Shown: piece after piece, positions 28,250 to 38,200 of the stretch
Position numbering within the stretch: position 1 is the first letter of the stretch
How the letters are laid out: each line of letters starts with the position of its first letter
From: Planctomycetota bacterium
GTDB lineage: Bacteria > Planctomycetota > PUPC01 > JACPCR01
Reading direction: 5' to 3'
DNA: 64,000 nucleotides
Assembly (NCBI GenBank): GCA_016179685.1
Contig: JACPCR010000051.1
Location: 70,323 to 134,322, forward strand
Made by a program: the position numbers and the translations under genes
Notes under the pieces: generated by a model
What the model was told of the DNA's origin: nothing
The model's input: only the letters and a program-made list of their open reading frames with translations
Database searches by the model: none

Positions 28250-28295
28250 GTAGAGCCGTGTCCCCCGCCACGCAGGCCATAGCGAGTAACCGATA

Positions 28296-29492
28296 TCACG
28301 GTTTCGACCCATGGTGAAGACTGGGCACGCAGACGATGGCCTGCTGCACGGGCTGGGTGGTCACCTCCGGACCCCGTTCCGTCAGATAGACGTTGATCTC
28401 GCTGCGAATGCCGAATTCGGGCAAATAGATGCCCGGCTCGATACTGAATGCGAGGCCAGGGATCAGCGGACGCGTATCGTGAGTCTCGAGATTGTCCAGA
28501 TTGACCCCGTTGCCGTGGTCTTCCTGGCCGAGGCTGTGACCCGTACGGTGCGTGAAATAATCAGCGTAGCCGGCGTCCCGGATCACGCGCCGGACCTCGT
28601 CGTCCACCTCGAAGCCCCGGAGACGCCGTCCCTCCCGCCAGCACCGTTCAATCCACTCGAAGCCACGGTCCCGGGCGGCGCGCACGACATCGAAAATCTC
28701 GCAGTGCCGCCGGGTCGGTCTCTCACCCAGAAAGGCCACCCAGGTGATGTCCGCGTAGACCGACCCAGGCGACGGGTCCTTCGCCCAGAGGTCCAGCAGA
28801 AGAAAGTCCCCAAGCCGGATACGCTGGTGGCAGGACTCGGAGGGCAGATAGTGCGGCTCCGCGGTCCTCTCGTTGACCGCCACGATGGGCGGACTGTTGC
28901 TGGTCAAGCCTTTCTGCTCGAAATGCCTCACCATCTCCTGTTGGACATCGAATTCGGTGACCTCGCGTCCTGAAGCCAGGTTCTCGGACAGGAACGCCAG
29001 GGCCCGCTGAGTGACCTCGTAGAGCGCCGCGGCAGCCCGGCGGTGGCAGGACAGGGCCTCCGGGGTCCAGCGAGCCTCCATGACCTGCACCAGTTCCGCT
29101 GAAGAGACCACGTCCGCGCCCATCGTCCGGATACGCTCGATCGTGCCCGCGTCCACTCGGGCGAGATACGGAATCTCTCCCTGGGGAGAGTACTCCATGG
29201 CCACTCGGGACCGTCCAGCGAGCATCTCCCTGAGCTTCTCCCCCAACTCTGTCCAGTTCGTGTAGACAGCCAGGTCGCCCCCCTGGCTTTCAAAAATGGA
29301 ACGTTCGATGCGGTGGCAAAGCCAACGAACACGGCCTTTGGCCGGGATCAGGCAGAACCAACGCCGCGTAATCAGCGCCTTCTCGAGGCCGGCGACTCGC
29401 CGGGCTATCGTATTGCTCCCCTGGAAATCGTAGAGCAGCCAGCCATCAAGATGAAGGTCAACGAGGCAGGACTGAATGGCATCAACGCGCAC
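28296..29492 (-). CDS. Xaa-Pro aminopeptidase (M24 family)
   Basis: LDGWLLYDF, PHY, LLDLW...YADITW, FTHRTGHSLG, FSIEPGIY, GIRSE. Confidence 0.92.
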   Translation of the reverse strand: MRVDAIQSCLVDLHLDGWLLYDFQGSNTIARRVAGLEKALITRRWFCLIPAKGRVRWLCHRIERSIFESQGGDLAVYTNWTELGEKLREMLAGRSRVAMEYSPQGEIPYLARVDAGTIERIRTMGADVVSSAELVQVMEARWTPEALSCHRRAAAALYEVTQRALAFLSENLASGREVTEFDVQQEMVRHFEQKGLTSNSPPIVAVNERTAEPHYLPSESCHQRIRLGDFLLLDLWAKDPSPGSVYADITWVAFLGERPTRRHCEIFDVVRAARDRGFEWIERCWREGRRLRGFEVDDEVRRVIRDAGYADYFTHRTGHSLGQEDHGNGVNLDNLETHDTRPLIPGLAFSIEPGIYLPEFGIRSEINVYLTERGPEVTTQPVQQAIVCVPSLHHGSKP

Positions 29493-30123
29493 TCGTTCGA
29501 CTCCGAAAAAGAGGCTTCATGGAAAGACAGTTTCGCGAGAATCAGTGCCCGCGTCAATGGAGTACGCAGTAACGCGCCTGAGCATCACGGATATTGCCTG
29601 ATTGCGGCCTGTGCGCCCCGGCATGCGTTGCTGGGCCCGCATCGTGACCGTGATTTTCCCGCGCTGTTGCGATTGGGTAGAAATCCGGGCTAGACCGGCC
29701 CTGTGAATGTATCTTCATGGAATTCGGGAACTTGTGTCATATTCCCCACGTCAAAAGAACGGGCTTGGCGCACCGATTCGGGCAGGTTGGGTTCATGCGG
29801 CCTTTGTGATACGCTGGTGTATCGAGGTGGAAATATCTGAAGCGTGATTTAGGAAAGGAATTCAGGCCCGACACCCGGCGAACGTAGGCGAAGCCCTCCC
29901 AAATTTATCCCCCTGGGAGGGACCCTCGATTCCGGGCTTCGCCGAAGTGCTTACTCGAATGTCCCGGTGGGAGCGCTTCGCTACGAAAACTCGTGAAGTG
30001 CTGAATCATCATCGATGATGAAATCGGCCGGGTCCACCTCCCCGAACTTATTAAGAAGTTACGTTGTTCCTATTTTTTGGAGGCATTTCTGCCTCGAAAC
30101 ACGGACGAAGAATAGAAGTCCCT

Positions 30124-31839
30124 GTGAGTCAAGATGAATACATCCTGGGCATCTGGGACGGACACGATTCGGGCGCGGCCATGGTCCGAGGCGGCCAGAT
30201 TCTTTACGCGATCAATGAGGAACGGCTGTCGCGCCGCAAGCTCGAAGTGGGCTTCCCGAAGCGTTCCATCGAGCTGATCCTCCGGCGGCTGGACCTCAGC
30301 CCGGCCAGCGTGAAACACGTGGCGGTCTCCACCTTCGACTTCGCAAAGACGCTGACGCGTCTCTTCCCGTCCATGAAGGAGGAATATTACCTAATCCGGC
30401 GCAGGAAGAAGCGGCCCGGGGTGCTCACCTCGCTGAAGAAACGGGCGAAGTACACGCTGACGGAATGGCCGCCGAGCGGCCTGACGCGGCGCATCACGTT
30501 GCGGGTGGTGGGCCGGGAGCTCGAGCGCCTGGGATTCCGGGACTTCGAGCTGGAAACGGTGGACCACCACGAGTGCCATGCGGTGGCTGCCGCGGCCTGT
30601 TCGGGATTCGATGAGGCCGCGGTCATCACGATCGACGGGATCGGAGACGCCCTGTCGGGCACCGTCAACCTCTGGCGCAGGGGCCAGCTCGAACGCCGGA
30701 GCACGCTCTCGGGCCGGGAGTCTCTGGGAATTTTCTTCGAGCACGTGACGAACCTCTTGAACATGCGGGAACTGGAGGACGAAGGGAAAGTGATGGCGCT
30801 GGCCACCTATGCTTATCCTGTCCCGGACGAGAAGAACCCGATGCTTTCCTGGTTTCAGGTGGACGGCCTGACGGTCCATGCGCGTTACGGCGCGCACGAG
30901 ACCTATGCGAGGCTGCGGGACTTGCTCTGGCAGTATCCCTCGGAACAGTTCGCTTATATGGCCCAAAGAACCCTCGAGGTCAAGGCCGTCGAGTTCGTCC
31001 GCAAGGTGGTGAAGGACCTCGGGGTCCGGCGCGTGGCCCTGGCTGGCGGAATTTTCGCCAACATCCTGGTCAACCGGCTGATCCGGCTTTCGCCCGAAGT
31101 GGAATCCTGCTTTGTATTTCCCCACATGGGGGACGGGGGCCTGGCGCTGGGGGCCGCGATGTCCCTGAACGCCCGGCGATGCGGCGTGACGAGCTACCCG
31201 TTCCAGGATGTTTTCTTCGGCACGGACTACACGGACGAGGAGATGCAAGCCGCCCTGGCCGAGGCCGGCGTGCCCTCCGAGCGTGTCAGCGACGCCGAGC
31301 TGCCGGGCCGGGTGGCTGACCTCCTGCTGGCCGGGAAGATCGGGCTCTGGTTTCAGGGCCGGATGGAATATGGCCCGAGGGCGCTCGGGGCCCGCAGCAT
31401 CATCGCTCATCCCGGTTCGGAGAAGGCGAAGGACGAGTTGAACCTGAGGCTCAAGCGGCGCGTCTGGTATCAGCCCTTCTGCCCGAGCATGCTCGAGTCG
31501 GCCGCGGCCGAGATTTTCGAGGATTTCCGCGGCCAGCTCGACCCCTTCATGACCAACGCCTACAAGGTGAAAGAGGCGTATCGCGACCGCCTGCGCGGGG
31601 TGATCCACATCGATGGCACGTGCCGGCCGCAGATTCTGGGCCCGGCACAGCCCGCTCCGCACCTCTACCGGGAGCTGCTCGAAGAGGTGGGCCGGAGGAC
31701 CGGGTTGGCCGTGATCCTCAACACGAGCTTTAATTTGCACGGCGAGCCGCTCGTCTGTTCCCCGGCGGACTCGCTCCGCACGTTCCGTGAGACTCGGGCG
31801 GATTACCTGGTTCTGGGCAACACCCTCGCGCATGGATGA
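30124..31839 (+). CDS. Carbamoyltransferase (NodU/CmcH family)
   Basis: ILGIWDGHDSGAA, EERLSRRK, HHECHA, IDGIGD, EGKVMALA, GRMEYGPRALGARS, HIDGTCRPQ, NTSFNLHGEP. Confidence 0.93.
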   Translation: MSQDEYILGIWDGHDSGAAMVRGGQILYAINEERLSRRKLEVGFPKRSIELILRRLDLSPASVKHVAVSTFDFAKTLTRLFPSMKEEYYLIRRRKKRPGVLTSLKKRAKYTLTEWPPSGLTRRITLRVVGRELERLGFRDFELETVDHHECHAVAAAACSGFDEAAVITIDGIGDALSGTVNLWRRGQLERRSTLSGRESLGIFFEHVTNLLNMRELEDEGKVMALATYAYPVPDEKNPMLSWFQVDGLTVHARYGAHETYARLRDLLWQYPSEQFAYMAQRTLEVKAVEFVRKVVKDLGVRRVALAGGIFANILVNRLIRLSPEVESCFVFPHMGDGGLALGAAMSLNARRCGVTSYPFQDVFFGTDYTDEEMQAALAEAGVPSERVSDAELPGRVADLLLAGKIGLWFQGRMEYGPRALGARSIIAHPGSEKAKDELNLRLKRRVWYQPFCPSMLESAAAEIFEDFRGQLDPFMTNAYKVKEAYRDRLRGVIHIDGTCRPQILGPAQPAPHLYRELLEEVGRRTGLAVILNTSFNLHGEPLVCSPADSLRTFRETRADYLVLGNTLAHG

Positions 31840-33988
31840 ACTGACCGCCGCGACCGGCAAGAATCCGACGGACGCCGGCCCACCCTTGTGGGACCGCCGG
31901 GAGGTCCTGCACCCTCCGCCGCTGAACGGACTTCTGGCATTCTGGACGCTCCTGATCGCCGCGGCGTATTTCCTGCTTCTGGTGATATGGCTGGACACCA
32001 CGCCGAGCCGGGACGCGGTTCTGGCCATCTCGAGGATCGGGCCCGCGATGCTCGAGGTCAACCTCGGGATCGTCCTCGCCGCCGCCGCGCTCAACCTCGG
32101 CGGCCTCTGGGCGCTGGTCCGGTCGCTCACCCGCGGGGCGCGCCTCGGGCTCGCGCTGGTCGCCGCTGGCGGATTCCTCAGCGCCGCGCTCCTCGCCCCT
32201 CGGGTACACCGCATCTACTACGACGAGGATATCTACGGCATCATCGGACTCTCCATGGCCACCAACGGCCGCGCCATCATGCCCACGGAGGCCGAATGGA
32301 GGCTCGGCCGGTTCGTCATCCATTCCACCCCCGTGCATCCGCAGGCATCCTTCCAGGAGACTCACCTGGGGCACTACAACAAGCAGCCGAACGCGTTGCC
32401 CTTCCTCTTCAGCCTGATCTACCGGGTGTTCGGGCCGAACGAGCGGCTGTCGCACCTGGCGAACAGCGCGGCCGTCGGCGCGGCGGTATTCTTCGTGTTC
32501 CTGACGGCTTGGATGCTCTTCCGCCGGGAGAGCCTGGCGCTCTATGCGGCGATCATCTACGCCGCCATCCCGGACAACCTGCGCTGGGGGAACACCATGG
32601 CCGTCGAGCCCATGGCCTCCGCCTTCCTCGCGGGCACGGTCTTCTGCACGCTCTTCGCCTGCGTGCAGCCGAGCGCCTCCCGGCTCGTCCTCCTGGCCAG
32701 CCTGGCCGCCTTCACCGTCCAGTTCCGGCCCGAAGCGCTGATGATCGGGCTCGTCGTGCTCCTCGTCTTCGTTCTCTACCGGCCGAAGGAGTTTCTGGGC
32801 AACCGCCTCTATCTCGCGGGCCTGCTCTTCCTGGCGCTCCTACCGCACCACTGGTGTCACATCCACCTCGTCCGCGGCCATTCCTGGGGCGCGGAAGGCG
32901 AGAAATTCGCCCCGCATTTTCTCTGGACCGACGGTCGGCGCGGGGAGCCCGGCCCGACGCCGGACCCCATGCCCATCGGACTCGCCGAGGCCCTTTCCAC
33001 AGGCGAATGGCGCGACGGCAACCTCGCCAAGAATACCCGGTTCTTCTTCCGTGACCCTCTGGACCGCTTCCCGCCGCTGTATGCCTGGCTGTTCGTGCTG
33101 GGGGTGGTGGGCGGAGGCTCGTTCCTGCTCTTTGCCGACTGGAATCTGCAGCGCTTCCTGCAGACGGCCGTTGCCTTTCTCTATCGCAACGCGCCCTGGA
33201 AGGAAAAGTCCGTGCCCCTTCTCTGGTTCGGACTCTTCTGGGGCATCTTCCTCTTCTTCTATGCCGGGAGCTACTACTACGGGGCGGACGACCGCTTCTC
33301 GCTGCTCTGCTACGCACCGGCCGCTCTCATGGCCGGTGTGGGAGCGGAGACCCTCGAGCGCCTGCTCGGTCTCTTCATGCCAGCCCGGGCCTCGCGCACC
33401 CTCGTCGTCTTTGGGCTGTTGATCGTTTTCAGCCGCTACATCGGCGTCGTCCGCGACGTCGGCGAGGAAGCCTGGCTCGCCCGCGCCGACCACGACTGGG
33501 CCGTCGAAATGGCCCGGAAGCTGCCGCCCGACAGCGTCGTCTTGAGCAATAATCCGAGCATCTTCAATCTCTGTCATCTCAGCGCCGGACAAATTCGGCT
33601 CGCCAAGGACTTCCCCGAACGCGTGGATGACTATCTCCGGCGCTATCCCGATAAAGTCTTCCTCCACTGGGGGTTCTGGCAAGAGGTGGACCCAGGTCAT
33701 CGCGAGTATGGGGAAACCGGTCTGGTCCTTTTCGGGGGCAGGGAAGCCACGGAAGTGGAACGCCGGCCCGTGCGCCAGGGCACCTACACCTACAGCTTCC
33801 GGTTTCACCGCCTGTCGCCCCGGCAGGTCGCGTCCGAAGGCGGCGCGTCCGAAGGCGCCGGCGGTGATTCCTCTCTTCCGCGCCGCCCCACGACCTCTCC
33901 AACCTCGCTCCCGCGTGAAGCGGTCACGGAGGGCCCGGAGGGCCGGCGGTCCTATCTGGGACCTCCATTGCCGGACCGGCCGGAATAA
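31832..33988 (+). CDS. Polytopic membrane glycosyltransferase (GT-C, ArnT/PMT-like)
   Basis: About 12 hydrophobic segments; YYDEDIY first-loop motif; KQP; FRPE; DDRF; start overlaps the carbamoyltransferase end. Confidence 0.75.
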   Translation: MDELTAATGKNPTDAGPPLWDRREVLHPPPLNGLLAFWTLLIAAAYFLLLVIWLDTTPSRDAVLAISRIGPAMLEVNLGIVLAAAALNLGGLWALVRSLTRGARLGLALVAAGGFLSAALLAPRVHRIYYDEDIYGIIGLSMATNGRAIMPTEAEWRLGRFVIHSTPVHPQASFQETHLGHYNKQPNALPFLFSLIYRVFGPNERLSHLANSAAVGAAVFFVFLTAWMLFRRESLALYAAIIYAAIPDNLRWGNTMAVEPMASAFLAGTVFCTLFACVQPSASRLVLLASLAAFTVQFRPEALMIGLVVLLVFVLYRPKEFLGNRLYLAGLLFLALLPHHWCHIHLVRGHSWGAEGEKFAPHFLWTDGRRGEPGPTPDPMPIGLAEALSTGEWRDGNLAKNTRFFFRDPLDRFPPLYAWLFVLGVVGGGSFLLFADWNLQRFLQTAVAFLYRNAPWKEKSVPLLWFGLFWGIFLFFYAGSYYYGADDRFSLLCYAPAALMAGVGAETLERLLGLFMPARASRTLVVFGLLIVFSRYIGVVRDVGEEAWLARADHDWAVEMARKLPPDSVVLSNNPSIFNLCHLSAGQIRLAKDFPERVDDYLRRYPDKVFLHWGFWQEVDPGHREYGETGLVLFGGREATEVERRPVRQGTYTYSFRFHRLSPRQVASEGGASEGAGGDSSLPRRPTTSPTSLPREAVTEGPEGRRSYLGPPLPDRPE

Positions 33989-34011
33989 GAATGCCCCGGA
34001 AGAAAGCCTAC

Positions 34012-34050
34012 TGCCACCGCCGGTGGGGCAGGCCCCCACCGGCGGTGGCA
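34012..34050. repeat. Perfect 17-bp-stem intergenic inverted repeat
   Basis: tgccaccgccggtgggg-caggc-ccccaccggcggtggca; no U-tract on either side. Confidence 0.85.
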
Positions 34051-34107
34051 CGTATCCTGTTCTCTCGGATTCCATCTTCCTTTCACTCTCCTGAGGTCGA
34101 TCTCCCG

Positions 34108-35235
34108 ATGGATGCCCGTATCACCCGGCTCGCCCAGATTCTGCTCGAACATTCCACGCGTGTTCAGAGGGGGGAAAGGCTGCTGATCGAGATGTTCGGC
34201 CACTCGCCCATGCCTCTGCTTCTCGAGCTGGTGACCCAGGCCACGCGCCGGGGGGCGCTGGTCCACCACCACATCTACGAGAACGCCGTGCTGAGGCGTT
34301 TTCTGCACGAAGCGGACGAGCGGCAGATCGCGGACCAGGCGGTCTTCCCCCTGGCCCGGATGAAGGAGATGCAGGCCTACATCGCCATCCGGAGCGGGGA
34401 CAATGCCGCGGAGCTTTCAGACGTTCCACCGGCAAAGATGTCCGCCTACCAGAGGCTCGTCCATCATCCGGTCCACATGGAACAACGCGTCAAGCATACC
34501 CGGTGGGTGGTCATCCGATATCCCAACGCGGCCATGGCCCAGCAAGCGAACAAGCCCGCCGAGGTCTTTGAAGACTTCTTTTTCCGGGTCTGCACGATGG
34601 ACTACGGTCGGATGGCGGCGGCGATGACGCCCCTCGCCGATCGGCTGCAACGGGCGGACCGGGTGGAAATCCGGGGCCCCGGGACATCGTTGACCTTTTC
34701 CATCAGCGGGATTCCGATCGTGAAATGCGCGGGCGAGCGCAACATTCCGGACGGGGAGGTCTTCACCGCGCCGGTCCGGGATTCCATCGAAGGGACGATT
34801 CTCTTCAACGCGGGATCGCTTTACGAGGGAGTCGTCTTCAGCCGCGTCCATCTCACCTTTCGGCGGGGCCGAGTGGTCGAGGCGGATGCGCCGGAAAGCG
34901 CCGAGAAGCTCCAATCGGTGCTGGACCGTGACGAGGGCGCCCGGTACGCCGGTGAATTCTCCTTCGGCCTGAACCCCTATATCCTGGAGCCGATGAAGGA
35001 CACCCTCTTCGATGAGAAAATCGCTGGCAGCATCCACATGGCTCTCGGGTCCTGCTATGACGAGGCTTCCAATGGCAACCGGTCGGCCGTGCACTGGGAC
35101 CTCGTGCACGTCCAGCGGCCCGAATATGGCGGCGGCGAAATCTACCTGGATGGGGAACTGGTCCGCAAGGACGGGCGATTCGTGCATCCCGACTTGGAAG
35201 CCCTGAATCCGGAACGCTACACCTCGACGCCGTAA
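34108..35235 (+). CDS. Aminopeptidase (M29, AmpS/AmpT family)
   Basis: MDARITRLAQILL, RW...YP...AQQA, NIPDGEVFTAP, GEFSFGLN, LFDEKIAGSIHMALG, SAVHWDLV. Confidence 0.93.
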   Translation: MDARITRLAQILLEHSTRVQRGERLLIEMFGHSPMPLLLELVTQATRRGALVHHHIYENAVLRRFLHEADERQIADQAVFPLARMKEMQAYIAIRSGDNAAELSDVPPAKMSAYQRLVHHPVHMEQRVKHTRWVVIRYPNAAMAQQANKPAEVFEDFFFRVCTMDYGRMAAAMTPLADRLQRADRVEIRGPGTSLTFSISGIPIVKCAGERNIPDGEVFTAPVRDSIEGTILFNAGSLYEGVVFSRVHLTFRRGRVVEADAPESAEKLQSVLDRDEGARYAGEFSFGLNPYILEPMKDTLFDEKIAGSIHMALGSCYDEASNGNRSAVHWDLVHVQRPEYGGGEIYLDGELVRKDGRFVHPDLEALNPERYTSTP

Positions 35236-35261
35236 GCGCTGCCGCACTCGCAGCTTCGAGG

Positions 35262-38200
35262 TTACGGTGTCCGGTAGGGCAGATGAGCGGGGCAGCTCCA
35301 GTTGCCGGCGCCGTCGCCTGCGCTCACGTGCACGTAATAGAGGCCCGGCTGGAGAGCAGCGGGCAGCGTGAAGCTCGCCTGTTGCACGACGGTCCCCTTC
35401 TCTGTCGAAGAAGCCGGCTGGTTGTCCACGAGATACCGATAGGCGGCAATCCCGCTCGGATCGGATGAGGAGCACGTGAAAGCCGGCTGGGCGGGCCCGG
35501 AACCGACAAGGGCGAAATTGTCGATGAAGTAAGGCACCCCGGCGGGCGTATAGGCATTGTAGTAATCCGCGATGGCGAGGTGGTGCACCGTATACGCCTT
35601 CGCGTTAGGCAAAGCGGCCTTCAGGAGCTGGAGAAGGTCCACCGCAGCCACGCGCCAGGTATTGTCGGGCGTGATGCCCGCGCTGCCGATATTCGTGAAA
35701 TTGGGATAGGTGGACGGGACGGTCAAGGTGATCCCACGCCAGACGTCGTTGACATAGACCATGAAATGGATGTAGGCGTTCGGAGGAATCTTGTACTCGA
35801 AGGTGATCCAAGAATACTGGGCAGCGTCGAAGGCTCGATCATTGATCATCACACCGCCGTAACCGGAGGTCATGTCGTCCGCCACCTTCAGGCAATAATC
35901 CTTCCGATCGGGATCGTAGTGCCGTGAGACGGTCGAGCCATTCTGACCGCCCCAATTCCGCCAGCTTTCGACGTCCCGTGTGAAGGACTGGAAGCAGAAG
36001 GCGGCATTGGGCGGGCCGGCGATGGATGGGGCGACGGGAGGCTCCTTGTCGCGGCTGAAGTCGATCTTCCAGGTCCACTCCTTTTGGGGCGTGACGTTGC
36101 CGGCGAAATCGGCGAAGCCGGGGAGCTGGAAGAGATAGGCGAATCCATCGGGGAGCTTGCCAGCGCAGGGTTCGAGGATCGATGGCCAGTCCCAGAGCAG
36201 CCTGCCTTCGTTCAGGTTGTAGGTGGCATTAGCGTTATCCAGGGCACTGGCCTTGCCCTGGACCGCGGCCTTGAGCGCGGAGACGTCCACGCCGCTGTCA
36301 TCGTCCTTCAGCGACAACTCGAGAAAGCGCGATTCGGGGCCCGTCGAGACCACCGAGGCCGCGGGCGGCTGGTTGTCGATGAAAAACTTGTAATGCGAAG
36401 AGGGACCCCAGTTCCCCGCGACGTCCCTGGCACGGATATGGAAATACAGGAATCCCTCCGGCAGGTGCGTGAACACGGCCTCCGGCTGAGTGCCCTCCGG
36501 CTGAATGTCGACCTCCTCGGCGGGGACGGGGCTCCACTTGAAGCTGTAATCGTGGATGCCGGAAGGATCGGTCGCCGCCCACCGGAGCGAGAGACCCGTG
36601 GCGGAGCTGACTTGGGGGAGGAAGCCGAAGTTGTCGATGTGGTAGGCATGGGCCTTGCCCAGATCCTGGTTGCCGAAGTCACCGAACATCATCCCGTAGA
36701 GAAGGAACATGGTCGGATGGAAGGCCTGGCCAGCGAACATCCGCCGGAGGTTGACCTCCACGTGCCTCCACTGGCCGTCCCGGACCACGTTGGGAATCTG
36801 GCCGGCCACCGGGTAGTCGGCGCCGTTGCCAGCAAAAATGATGTGCCGGTAGTTGCCGCCGCTCCCGGCTTGAGCCGACACGTCGATCACGAGCTCCGGA
36901 TCGAGCCGGTAGTCGAAAGTGAGGACCGGCGTCTTGCCGAGGTGTATGGGCAGGGGCGTCTGGGGCGAGTTGCCCAGTGCATTGACGGCGAAATTGCCAA
37001 TAACCAGCGGTTTGAAGACCTTCAGGCTCTGCCGGCCGGAGGCGGCGGTGGCGTCATCGAGAAAGACGCGGCTGTAGGTCAGCCCCTGCCACGATCCCGT
37101 GCTTTTCCCTTCGAAGTCCTGGAGAGGAGGATAAGTCAGCAGGACAACGGCGGAAGGCGGCGTCCGGTCCAAGGCGTGATTCATTTTCAACTTGGCCGAG
37201 AGGGATGCGGGGGCCTCGCCCGCGGTGCTGCGAAAACTGGCGGAGAACAGGATTTCCTGCCCGTCCTTGAAGGCCACCGGCAGCGGCGTGAGGTCCAGCG
37301 TGAGCCTGCGGCTGGCTGCGACATCCGTAGCGTTGAGATGTTCCGGGGCGATCTTCGCGCCGTCGATGGAAACGGCCAGCGAAGCCAGCGAAAGGTGTGC
37401 GCCTTCCTGAGATTCGAATTCGAGACACAGGGCCTCTCCGCCCCACGCGGCGGGGTCAGCAGGCGATTTCAGGGAAGCCTTCAAGGCCGGCTGCAAATAG
37501 AGAGGATAATGAATCGGCGAAGTCCAGCGCCCGTCCGGCAAGAGAGCCTGCAAGTGAAAGGTGCTGAATCCGGGTCCAAGCCCCTGCAACGTACTGGTCG
37601 GTTGGGTGACCTCCGTCCCGTGCACGGGCTGTGTGTCCGGATTCCGGTCCGCAAGATACCGGAAGGACCTGGGCTGGGGCTCGGACAAGCGGGCCCAGAG
37701 CAGGGCGGGCGGCACGCTCGCGTCCGCAGCAGTCACGATTCGAAAATTATCGATGCGGTAGGACGCTCCCATGGGGTTGCCGCCAATACCCGCACGGAGG
37801 TAGCCTTCATGGCGGTCGCCCAACAGGAGGGAGGAGAACGGAAGATTTTCCGGCAGATGGACTTGCGTCCGGACTGCGCGGGCCAGGTCGAATTGGGCCC
37901 GATGCCATTGGCCGTCTGCCCGGACGTCTTCAATACGGCCAAGCTTTTTCAAGTTTTCGTCGGACCGGTTTTCCCCGGTGAATTCGATGAAGTAGTCCTG
38001 ACCCGCCAGGTTGAGGTAGAAATTGACCCGGACCTCATGGGGGACGCAATAGTCGAAGCTGAAATCCACGACGCGGCTGGCATCCAGGACGGGGATGGGA
38101 ATCAGCGCGCCGAAATCTCCCCCGAGACTGGCATGCGTGAGCGTCAGGCACTGCTGGCCCCCGCCAGCCGAACCGGCATCGAGGGAAAGCGAAGCACCCT

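Noticed and set aside
34012-34050. Hairpin as an intrinsic terminator
   Set aside because: No adjacent U-tract on either strand; kept only as an inverted repeat.
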